Below are positions 24,967 through 32,000 of a DNA stretch of 32,000 nt, piece after piece. The translations under genes and the position numbers were made by a program. Source of the stretch: Candidatus Nanopusillus acidilobi (GTDB lineage: Archaea > Nanobdellota > Nanobdellia > Nanobdellales > Nanobdellaceae). The notes beneath the pieces are model-generated. The model saw nothing but the letters and a program-made list of their open reading frames with translations. It was not told where the DNA came from and did no database searches. Each line of letters opens with the position of its first letter. Positions within the stretch are counted from its first letter, which is position 1. The stretch is from positions 390,001 to 422,000 of the forward strand of contig CP010514.1 of assembly GCA_001552015.1 (NCBI GenBank), written 5' to 3'.

Positions 24967-25626
24967 ATGGACTTCGAATATGTAAAACATAATGATTTAA
25001 TAATATATTATAAGATTTATGATCTTGAATGTTATCCTCCAAAAGAAGATTCTTTTTTATTAAATGATCATATAAGAGAATTTGCTAAAAATAAAAAAGT
25101 ATTAGATATTGGATGCGGATCTGGAATTCAAGGTTTGGAAGCATATAAATATACAAAAAATGTTTCTTTCTCTGATATATCTGAAGAGTGCTTAAAATTA
25201 TCTAAAATAAACTTTTATATAAATTATATAGATAATAATCCTGATCTAGATTATTTATATAAAAATATAGAAAAAATAAATTTGCCAGTAAAATTCTATC
25301 AGTCCGATTTATTTAGTAATATAAATGAAAAATTTGATCTAATACTATTTAATCCTCCATATTTACCAGAAGTAAGTTATGAAGGTATAAAAGTAAGAAG
25401 ATGGGTTTCTGGAGGAAAATTTGGATATGAAACAATTGATAAATTTTTATACCAAAGTATAACTAGATTATATAATTTTGGAGAAATATTGATAATAATG
25501 TCTTCAATAACTAATCCTCAATATATATTAAATAAATATTCAAAATTTTATGATTATAGAATAATAGATAGCATACATATTTTCTTTGAGGATATATTTT
25601 TAATATATTTAAAGAAAAAGTTCTAG
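24967..25626 (+). CDS. NPPY-motif SAM-dependent methyltransferase (PrmC/HemK-Mtq2-like, candidate release-factor glutamine methyltransferase)
   Basis: Motif I VLDIGCGSGIQG and the catalytic LILFNPPYLP. 219 aa. Confidence 0.6.
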   Translation: MDFEYVKHNDLIIYYKIYDLECYPPKEDSFLLNDHIREFAKNKKVLDIGCGSGIQGLEAYKYTKNVSFSDISEECLKLSKINFYINYIDNNPDLDYLYKNIEKINLPVKFYQSDLFSNINEKFDLILFNPPYLPEVSYEGIKVRRWVSGGKFGYETIDKFLYQSITRLYNFGEILIIMSSITNPQYILNKYSKFYDYRIIDSIHIFFEDIFLIYLKKKF

Positions 25627-25628
25627 TT

Positions 25629-26390
25629 ATGATAGTTGATGATCATGCACATCTATTTTTATATAATAATTTAGATGAAAAAATAAAGGAAAATATTGAA
25701 AGAAATGTAAAATATATAATTGAAAATTCTTTAGATATTGAAAGTATAAATAAAGTAATTGAAGAATCTAAAAAATATGATATAATATATTATGCTTTAG
25801 GATTATACCCTGAAGAAATTGAAAAAATGAATGATAAAGATATAGAAAAAATTTTAGAATTTATTGAAGAAAATAAGGATAAAAAATTTTTGGCAATTGG
25901 AGAAATTGGATTAGATTTCTCTAATGTAGATGAAGATAAAATTAGAAAACAAAAAATATATTTTGAAAAATTTCTAGAATTAGCTGATAGATTAAAGAAA
26001 CCTGCAATAATTCATGCTAGAAAAGCCGAAAAGGAAGTATTAGATATATTAACAAGTTATAATAATAAAAAAGTATTGCATACATTTTGGAAACCTTCTT
26101 TAGCAGATAAAGCAATTGAAATAAATTGCTATTTATCAATACCAACAATTGTCTATAGAGATCCTGGTTTTCAAAAAATTGTAAAAGAAATTCCTTTAGA
26201 ATTTATTTTAACTGAAACAGATTCTCCATATTTAGATCCAATAGAAAAGGGAAAAGCAGTAAATAATTCATGGAAGATAATATATTCATTGGAAAAAATA
26301 TCTGAAATAAAAGATATAGATAAGAAGGAAGTAGAAGAAATAATATTTAATAACTTTGTTAAGGTATATAATATAAATAATGATGAATAG
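25629..26390 (+). CDS. TatD-family metal-dependent hydrolase/DNase (copy 2)
   Basis: VDDHAHL, GEIGLDF, IIHARKA and LTETDSPYL. Confidence 0.85.
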   Translation: MIVDDHAHLFLYNNLDEKIKENIERNVKYIIENSLDIESINKVIEESKKYDIIYYALGLYPEEIEKMNDKDIEKILEFIEENKDKKFLAIGEIGLDFSNVDEDKIRKQKIYFEKFLELADRLKKPAIIHARKAEKEVLDILTSYNNKKVLHTFWKPSLADKAIEINCYLSIPTIVYRDPGFQKIVKEIPLEFILTETDSPYLDPIEKGKAVNNSWKIIYSLEKISEIKDIDKKEVEEIIFNNFVKVYNINNDE

Positions 26391-26427
26391 ATATAGGCTG
26401 AAAAATGATGTAGAACCCGGAAACTGA
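26380..26427 (+). ncRNA. C/D box sRNA (2'-O-methylation guide RNA)
   Basis: C box ATGATGA is at 26380-26386, followed by the 11-nt guide atagatatagg. D' box CTGA is at 26398-26401, followed by a 3-nt linker. C' box ATGATGT is at 26405-26411, followed by the 12-nt guide agaacccggaaa. D box CTGA is at 26424-26427. This is canonical archaeal C/D geometry, and guide 2 is the most GC-rich intergenic stretch in the window. Confidence 0.65.
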
Positions 26428-26431
26428 TAAA

Positions 26432-27181
26432 ATGAAAATTATATCATGGAATGTTAATGGATTAAAATCAATAATTCAGAAAGGTTTAATTGATTTTATT
26501 AAAAAATATAATGCAGATTTTTATCTATTTCAAGAAATAAAAACAAAAGAAATACCATTAACTTTTCAATTACTTGGATATAATGTATATTCATTCCCTG
26601 CAAAGAAAAGTGGATACAGTGGAGTATTAACATTAACAAAAATAAAACCAAATAATTTAAAATATGGAATTGGAATTGAAAAATTTGATATTGAAGGAAG
26701 GGTTATAACGATGGAATATGATAAATTTTATTTAATAAATGTATATTTTCCAAATGCTGGAGTTGGAACATTAAAAAGATTGGATTTTAAATTGGAATTT
26801 GATAAAGAATTTGAAAAATATGTTTTATCTTTAAATAAACCATGTATAGTTTGCGGAGATTTTAATGTAGCGCACAAGGATATTGATATATATGATCCAA
26901 TAAATTTGAAAGGTTATGCAGGATTTACAGATGAGGAAAGACAATGGTTTGATCATTTTTTATCTTTAGGATTTATTGATACATTTAGATATATAAAAGG
27001 AAATATAAGAAAATATAGCTGGTTTTCATATTCAATTATTGCAAGAAAGAAAAATGAAGGATGGAGACTTGACTATTGTGTAGTAAGTAAAGAATTAAAA
27101 GACAAAATAGTTAATGCAGATATACTAGTAGATATATTTGGATCTGATCATGTTCCAATATTATTGGAAATAAATATATAA
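26432..27181 (+). CDS. xth: Exodeoxyribonuclease III / AP endonuclease (Xth family)
   Basis: MKIISWNVNGL, LFQEIK, CGDFNVAH, WRLDY and the C-terminal GSDHVPI. Confidence 0.9.
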   Translation: MKIISWNVNGLKSIIQKGLIDFIKKYNADFYLFQEIKTKEIPLTFQLLGYNVYSFPAKKSGYSGVLTLTKIKPNNLKYGIGIEKFDIEGRVITMEYDKFYLINVYFPNAGVGTLKRLDFKLEFDKEFEKYVLSLNKPCIVCGDFNVAHKDIDIYDPINLKGYAGFTDEERQWFDHFLSLGFIDTFRYIKGNIRKYSWFSYSIIARKKNEGWRLDYCVVSKELKDKIVNADILVDIFGSDHVPILLEINI

Positions 27182-27204
27182 AAAACGAAAATCATTTTTT
27201 ATTT

Positions 27205-28755
27205 ATGGGTATAACTCTGTTATCCGAAAAACCAAAAGTTGAGATAAAGAGTGAAGAACTAAGAAAAATAATAAAATACGATAGCGATGGTCTACCAATA
27301 TTTCCAGCATTTATTAATGGAGAATGGTATTATGGAAATCAAGAATATATAACTATTAATACCCCAATAGATTTATCTCCTATTGCAAAAGTTCCAAAAG
27401 TTCAATATGAAATTATAGAGAAAGAAATTGATAGATTATATAATGAAAGATTTAATGCAAGAAATTATCCAGGATATTTAAGGGTTGAAAAATTATTAAA
27501 AACTGCAGAATTATTAGAAAAATATTCAGAAGACTTTGTAAATTTATTAATTATAAATGCTGGAAAAACAAAAAAGCAAGCTTTGGGAGAGATAGAATCT
27601 ACAATTAATAGAATAAAATATATTGAAACTGATTATAGAAAAATTGTTGGAGATTATTTACCAGGTGAATTTAGTAAAGATTACTTAGAATCCGAAGGAA
27701 TTATAAAAAGAGAACCTTTAGGATTAGTTTTAGCAATATCTCCATTTAATTATCCATTATTTGATTCTGTAAATAAAATAATATTTTCACTATTACCTGG
27801 AAATGCATTAATTATTAAACCTCCATCTTTAGATCCATTACCAGTAATATTATATATTAGATTATTAGAATTAACAGATTTTCCAATGAAATACATATCA
27901 TTAATAACAATACCTGGGAAAGATATGAATAAAATAACACCAAATAAAAAAATATCTTCAATAATATTTACTGGATCTACAGAAACTGGAGAAGAAATAA
28001 TAAAGAATTCTGGAATTAAACAATATTTAATGGAATTGGGCGGAGGGGCTCCTGCATTTGTATTAAATGATATAGATATAGATTATGCAGCAAAAAGAAT
28101 TTCATCCGGAATTACTACATATTCTGGACAAAGATGCGATTCTATAAAAATTATACTTGCAGAAAAAGAAATATATGATAAATTTAAAGAAAAATTAATA
28201 GAAGAAATTTCAAAGGTAAAAATAGGAGATCCTAGAGACGATAATACAACATTTGGACCAATTGCAGATCCTAAGACTGTAGATGAATTTGTATATTCTT
28301 TAGAAGATGCAAAACAAAAAGGAGGAAAAATATTATATGGAGGAAATAGATTAGATAAAACATATATTGAACCTACTTTGATAGAAGTTGATAAAGAAAA
28401 TGTGGATAAATTATATTTATTTAATAAGGAAGTATTCTTATCTGTAGCATTATTAGTAAAAATAGATAATATAGATGAAGGATTAAAAATTATAGAAAAA
28501 AGAAGATATGGATTAGATGCATCAATATTTGGAAATGATATAAATAAAATTAGAAAAATAGCTGAATATTTAGAAGTTGGGGCCGTATATATTAATGATA
28601 TGCCAAGGCATGGAATCGGATATTATCCTTATGGGGGTAGGAAAGATTCTGGAATTGGTAAAGAAGGATTGGGTTATGGGATTGAATATACTACAACATA
28701 TAAATCAATAGTATACAACTATAAGGATAAAGGTATTTGGAATTATAAGATATAA
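27205..28755 (+). CDS. Aldehyde dehydrogenase family protein, GapN-like (non-phosphorylating glyceraldehyde-3-phosphate dehydrogenase candidate)
   Basis: ALDH motifs FTGSTETG, the catalytic Glu in MELGGGAP and the catalytic Cys in SGQRCDS. 516 aa. The GapN subfamily assignment is by resemblance only. Confidence 0.75.
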   Translation: MGITLLSEKPKVEIKSEELRKIIKYDSDGLPIFPAFINGEWYYGNQEYITINTPIDLSPIAKVPKVQYEIIEKEIDRLYNERFNARNYPGYLRVEKLLKTAELLEKYSEDFVNLLIINAGKTKKQALGEIESTINRIKYIETDYRKIVGDYLPGEFSKDYLESEGIIKREPLGLVLAISPFNYPLFDSVNKIIFSLLPGNALIIKPPSLDPLPVILYIRLLELTDFPMKYISLITIPGKDMNKITPNKKISSIIFTGSTETGEEIIKNSGIKQYLMELGGGAPAFVLNDIDIDYAAKRISSGITTYSGQRCDSIKIILAEKEIYDKFKEKLIEEISKVKIGDPRDDNTTFGPIADPKTVDEFVYSLEDAKQKGGKILYGGNRLDKTYIEPTLIEVDKENVDKLYLFNKEVFLSVALLVKIDNIDEGLKIIEKRRYGLDASIFGNDINKIRKIAEYLEVGAVYINDMPRHGIGYYPYGGRKDSGIGKEGLGYGIEYTTTYKSIVYNYKDKGIWNYKI

Positions 28756-28804
28756 TTTTTTATAATAATTTAGATTAATAAGATTAATTTAAAATAAAAA
28801 TAAT

Positions 28805-29653
28805 ATGCCAGTATTAATGATTTCTAGCATAAGATTTTTAGAAAATTGTTCAGATAAATCTAAAGAAGAAAAATCACCTAAAGGATGTTACTGCATAGAT
28901 ATATCAGATCTGAAATATAGATTTCCCCAAATAAAAGAGGATAAAGAGATAAATATTTTCCTTATAGGATTTATAGATGAAAAAAATAAAATTATTAAAA
29001 AATTTGCACTATTTAAGGAACGATTAGATGGGAAAATATTAAAAGAATTCGATATATTAAATACAAAATATTATATATGCTTACCAACAGACATTTCTGA
29101 TGAACTTGGTATTGGCCAGGACTATAAAGCAGTATTTATTATTACAAAATATGATAACAAACCTCTTGTTCCTGGATATATTAAATATGTTGGAACTGGT
29201 TCTGAAAAATATCAAAAGTTATTCAAAAATATAGGAACTATGTTACTAACACTATTATATTCTATAGACAATGAGATTCTCCATGAAGCGATAATTTATG
29301 CTTTTAATGCATATATTAAACTAAAAAAGGGAGAGATAGAAGATTCGCGTACCTGGTTAAGAAAAGCACTTGAATCTTTAGAAAAAATTTTCAATTATGA
29401 AATAAAGGTATCAGAAATTGAATCAAAAGAATATCCAAAATATATATGTAAATTAATTAAGACATTAAAAAAATTTGTAAACTATGGTGGACCACACGAG
29501 GGACCAGCTCCAGAACATACAACCAAATTTATTCTATATGTAACTAAAAAATTAATAGAACATTTATCTTACTATATTTATAATGAAGTCATTTCTATAG
29601 ATCTTAATAAACCATTAAATTCCAATCCATGTAAAGAAAATGAAAAATATTAA
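28805..29653 (+). CDS. Hypothetical two-domain protein: SpoVT/AbrB-like segment plus C-terminal helical domain (DUF4145/HEPN-like pattern?)
   Basis: 282 aa. YYICLPTDISDELGIGQDYKAVFIITKYD resembles the AbrB swapped-hairpin motif (itIPkeirdeLgik.Gd.v.i). The C-terminal helices WLRKALESLEKIF ... LKKFVNYGGPHEG ... TTKFILYVTKKLIEHL resemble an R..alE / N..g.H helical pattern. The DNA is visibly more GC-rich than the flanks. Confidence 0.5.
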   Translation: MPVLMISSIRFLENCSDKSKEEKSPKGCYCIDISDLKYRFPQIKEDKEINIFLIGFIDEKNKIIKKFALFKERLDGKILKEFDILNTKYYICLPTDISDELGIGQDYKAVFIITKYDNKPLVPGYIKYVGTGSEKYQKLFKNIGTMLLTLLYSIDNEILHEAIIYAFNAYIKLKKGEIEDSRTWLRKALESLEKIFNYEIKVSEIESKEYPKYICKLIKTLKKFVNYGGPHEGPAPEHTTKFILYVTKKLIEHLSYYIYNEVISIDLNKPLNSNPCKENEKY

Positions 29654-29735
29654 AATTACTTGCATAAAAATGACTGAATTTGATCAGTTGTGTATATATT
29701 AAAAGGTTTATATTATTGATATTGAATACACTACA

Positions 29736-30266
29736 ATGATTGGTTTTCATCATTACATATATAATATGGACATACGTAGTGATATGGCTGAACTAGTGCT
29801 AAATTACTTACCACAAGGCGGAGTAGCTGCCGATCTTGGTTGTGGAGCAGGTAGGTTTTGTAAGGTGCTATTAAATAAAGCTAGCAAAGTTTACTGTGTA
29901 GATATAAATGACTATGCCATTAATATGGCAAAAGAAAATATTAAGGATGATAGAGCTGTGTTCCTGAATGAAGATGCATCATCAACATCAATACCTGCCA
30001 ACTCTGTAGATCTAGTCATAATGGTTAACGCATTCCATGATATGGAGAATAAAAATAAGGTAGCTTTAGAAGTAAGTAGAATTCTTAAGCAGGGTGGCCT
30101 AGCTTTAATTATAGAGTCTAAACCAGGTTTAACAATGCATGGCCCACCACCATGGTTAAGAATGAGCCCCAATGATGTAATTAAATACTTCAATAATCCT
30201 CAATTTAAAGTAGAAGGTATAAAGGATTTAGGAGATTTTAACGCTATAGTAATTAAAAAGCTTTAA
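29736..30266 (+). CDS. Class I SAM-dependent methyltransferase (Methyltransf_11/25-like), compositionally foreign
   Basis: Motif I AADLGCGAGRF, motif II/III region VDLVIMVNAFH and post-motif LKQGGLALII. Hand counts on four 60-nt lines give 35-47% G+C, against ~18-25% in most of the window. The start could also be an internal ATG (M11 or M17). Confidence 0.8.
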   Translation: MIGFHHYIYNMDIRSDMAELVLNYLPQGGVAADLGCGAGRFCKVLLNKASKVYCVDINDYAINMAKENIKDDRAVFLNEDASSTSIPANSVDLVIMVNAFHDMENKNKVALEVSRILKQGGLALIIESKPGLTMHGPPPWLRMSPNDVIKYFNNPQFKVEGIKDLGDFNAIVIKKL

Positions 30267-30267
30267 C

Positions 30268-30273
30268 TTTTTT
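30268..30273 (+). terminator. Oligo-T terminator after the methyltransferase
   Basis: TAA followed by cTTTTTTa. Confidence 0.35.
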
Positions 30274-30381
30274 AGCTATAGGAATACATTTAACCAATTT
30301 ATGAGATATTAATAAATTATCATAATCTATCCAAAAGAATAAAAAATAATTTTTAAGTACAATTTACATAAATAATTTATA

Positions 30382-31473
30382 ATGAAAAAGGTAGGTGATG
30401 TTGAATTAAGATTAGCAAAAGGACCTGTTCCACATTATAGAGAATTAAAAGAATTAGAAAGAAGTATAGTAAAAGTAATTATTGAAGAATTTGGAACAGA
30501 AGAATTAATAAAAAGATATTCAAATCCATTATGGTTTAATTCTTTAGCATGTTTACTTGGATTTGAATGGAACTATTCTGGAATGACTACTGTAACACTA
30601 AAAGCATTAAAAGAAATATCTATAGAAGACAATTTACCAATAATTGTTTTGGGAGGAAAGGGAAAAGATTCTAAAATAACTGAAGAGATAGAAAAAAGAG
30701 ATATAAAGGACAAATTAAAAGATAAGATAAAGGATATATCAATAACTTCTGCAAAAGTTGATAATTATTTAATTCAAGATGGATATAATTTATATTTTCA
30801 TTTTTTAATTTCTGACGAAAAAAGCAATATGACTATTATAAATCAAAAAATGTCAATAAAGGAACAAAAAGTCAGAAGATTTCATTGGATAAATATAAAT
30901 TATTTTGATGATTCCCAAATTGGTTTTGGATCAAATACAAAAACATTAAATTTAGCATCAAAAGAATCTGAAGAATTAAGGAAAAATATTTTAGAAATAC
31001 TTAATGATGAAAGAATAGAAAAAATAAAAGAATATATAATAAGATTAAAATCATATCAAAATAAAAATAATACTATATTAAAATATATTAATAAAGAAAA
31101 CAATGATTACATATTTTATCAAGAATTACCTTACTATTTGAAGATACCCGATAAAATATATTGGAAAGCATTAGAAATTAATAGGACTGTAGAAAATTTC
31201 AAGGATCTATTATTTATAAAAGGTCTTGGACCTGGATTATTAAGAGCATTAGCATATACTGCAAAAATAATATATGGAAGTGAACTATCATGGAAAGATC
31301 CAATAATATATACATTTGCACATGGAACAAAAGTTGGAAAACCATATTATGTTAAAAAAGCATTAATGTTAGAAGAAGCAGAATTATTAAAGAATGCAAT
31401 TGAAGAAGCAAAAGTTAATAATAATTTTAAGTTAAGATCTTTAAGAAAATTAAATGAATTAATTAATATATGA
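30382..31473 (+). CDS. DUF763-family protein (conserved archaeal protein of unknown function)
   Basis: The N-terminus LRLAKGPVPHYRELKELERSIVKVIIEEFGTEELIKRYSNPLWFNSLACLLGFEWNYSGMTT and the internal KVRRFHW match my memory of DUF763 (L.GGKAP.W...M..L...I......G..ELL.RLSDP.WFQ...C.LGFDWHSSG.TT; ARRYHW). Confidence 0.55.
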   Translation: MKKVGDVELRLAKGPVPHYRELKELERSIVKVIIEEFGTEELIKRYSNPLWFNSLACLLGFEWNYSGMTTVTLKALKEISIEDNLPIIVLGGKGKDSKITEEIEKRDIKDKLKDKIKDISITSAKVDNYLIQDGYNLYFHFLISDEKSNMTIINQKMSIKEQKVRRFHWININYFDDSQIGFGSNTKTLNLASKESEELRKNILEILNDERIEKIKEYIIRLKSYQNKNNTILKYINKENNDYIFYQELPYYLKIPDKIYWKALEINRTVENFKDLLFIKGLGPGLLRALAYTAKIIYGSELSWKDPIIYTFAHGTKVGKPYYVKKALMLEEAELLKNAIEEAKVNNNFKLRSLRKLNELINI

Positions 31474-31508
31474 AAAATTTATAAAATAATGGTGTTATAT
31501 ATTACTAA

Positions 31509-32000
31509 ATGGCTGAAGAAATTTTAAGTGAGGAAGATAAACAAACATTAAAAGAAATGTTCGACAAAAGCTTGAAGAACCCGGTAGAAATAACTGTATA
31601 CTTGGATGAAAAAAATAATAAGGAAACTAGTGATTTTGCAAGAAAAATTGGAGAACTATTAATGCAAATAAATGATAAGATAAAGTTTGAATTCCTAGAT
31701 GCATATGATCCAAAGGTAGAAGAAGAAATGAAAAGCAAGAATTTATTAATAGATAAATATGGAAATAGAAGAGGTCCAATATTTGTATTCAAGAAATATC
31801 CAGGAATTATATATTATGGATTACCATCTGGAGAAGAATTTCCAATATTTTTAGAAGATATAATACATGTATCAAATGAACATTTTGACATAGATGGAGC
31901 TACAGCAAAGAAATTGGCATTAATAAATGAACCTTTAGATATATATGTATTTGTAACTCCAACATGTCCATATTGTCCATATATGACACATCATTCCCAT
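31509..32000 (+). CDS. Protein disulfide oxidoreductase (PfPDO/glutaredoxin-like, two thioredoxin folds), 3' end outside the window
   Basis: ATG at 31509 with an open frame to the window edge. The translation ...GIIYYGLPSGEEFPIFLEDIIHVS...IYVFVTPTCPYCPYM carries the C-terminal CPYC active site. The N-terminal unit lacks a CxxC. This replaces the antisense track ORF 31505..31792. Confidence 0.75.
   Translation, partial: MAEEILSEEDKQTLKEMFDKSLKNPVEITVYLDEKNNKETSDFARKIGELLMQINDKIKFEFLDAYDPKVEEEMKSKNLLIDKYGNRRGPIFVFKKYPGIIYYGLPSGEEFPIFLEDIIHVSNEHFDIDGATAKKLALINEPLDIYVFVTPTCPYCPYMTHHSH

Noticed and set aside
29673-29688. Small hairpin ACTGA-atttga-TCAGT upstream of the methyltransferase, also scanned as a possible C/D box because of TGACTGA
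   Set aside because: The stem is only 5 bp and there are no C box/D box pairs at proper spacing. It is likely a chance occurrence.
29912-30193. Track ORF 29912..30193(-), 93 aa
   Set aside because: It is antisense to the methyltransferase, whose motif I (DLGCGAG) fixes the plus-strand frame.
31505-31792. Track ORF 31505..31792(-), 95 aa
   Set aside because: The plus strand carries an open frame from ATG 31509 to the window edge encoding a PDO/glutaredoxin-like protein with a CPYC site. The minus ORF is its shadow.
1-32000. CRISPR arrays, tRNA/rRNA genes, transposases/integrases and inteins
   Set aside because: I saw no regularly spaced direct repeats. I saw no GC-rich structured islands of tRNA size, which would stand out in this composition. 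I recognised no transposase, integrase or intein motifs, and RFC and the other usual intein hosts have normal lengths.

Overview
The window is extremely AT-rich and tightly packed. I count roughly 20% G+C by hand in most genes and 30-35% in the most conserved ones. Proteins are I/K/N-rich, many adjacent genes overlap by 1-38 nt, and TATA-like boxes sit about 25-30 nt upstream of ATGs with no Shine-Dalgarno sequence, which suggests leaderless mRNAs.

The gene content is archaeal information-processing and housekeeping:
- ribosomal proteins uL4, uL23, uL2 and uS2
- aRF1, the CCA-adding enzyme, TFE-alpha and the C-terminal half of GatE
- RFC large and small subunits, RadB, an NreA-like protein and exonuclease III
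- two TatD hydrolases, a RIO kinase, a HIT protein, Dph2 and an NPPY methyltransferase
- a GapN-like aldehyde dehydrogenase, a DUF763-like protein and a PDO-type disulfide oxidoreductase

The composition, the fragmented ribosomal operon, the apparently split gatE and the thermophile-type genes together point to a reduced DPANN or Nanoarchaeota-like, probably thermophilic, symbiont genome. That is an inference only.

I found no rRNA, tRNA, CRISPR array, transposase or integrase.

Features worth a second look:
1. About 2.3 kb lies between the rfcS and rfcL genes, which are usually adjacent. It carries two divergent paralogous helical proteins on the opposite strand, each followed by a copy of a conserved ~75-nt element. 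It also carries a small RHH-like protein and a membrane-anchored Cys/N-glycosylation-sequon protein.
2. A phased array of ATTAAC-N5-GTTAAT palindromes with ~21-bp spacing lies upstream of tfe.
3. A textbook-geometry C/D box sRNA fills the tatD-xth junction.
4. An oversized FlaI/FlaJ-type ATPase-platform pair faces a divergent trio of coiled-coil, P/Q/N-rich and Cys-rich secreted proteins.
5. A compositionally foreign pair at 28.8-30.3 kb consists of an AbrB-like/helical protein and a ~40% GC methyltransferase.

All homology calls were made by eye from remembered family motifs. No searches were run.
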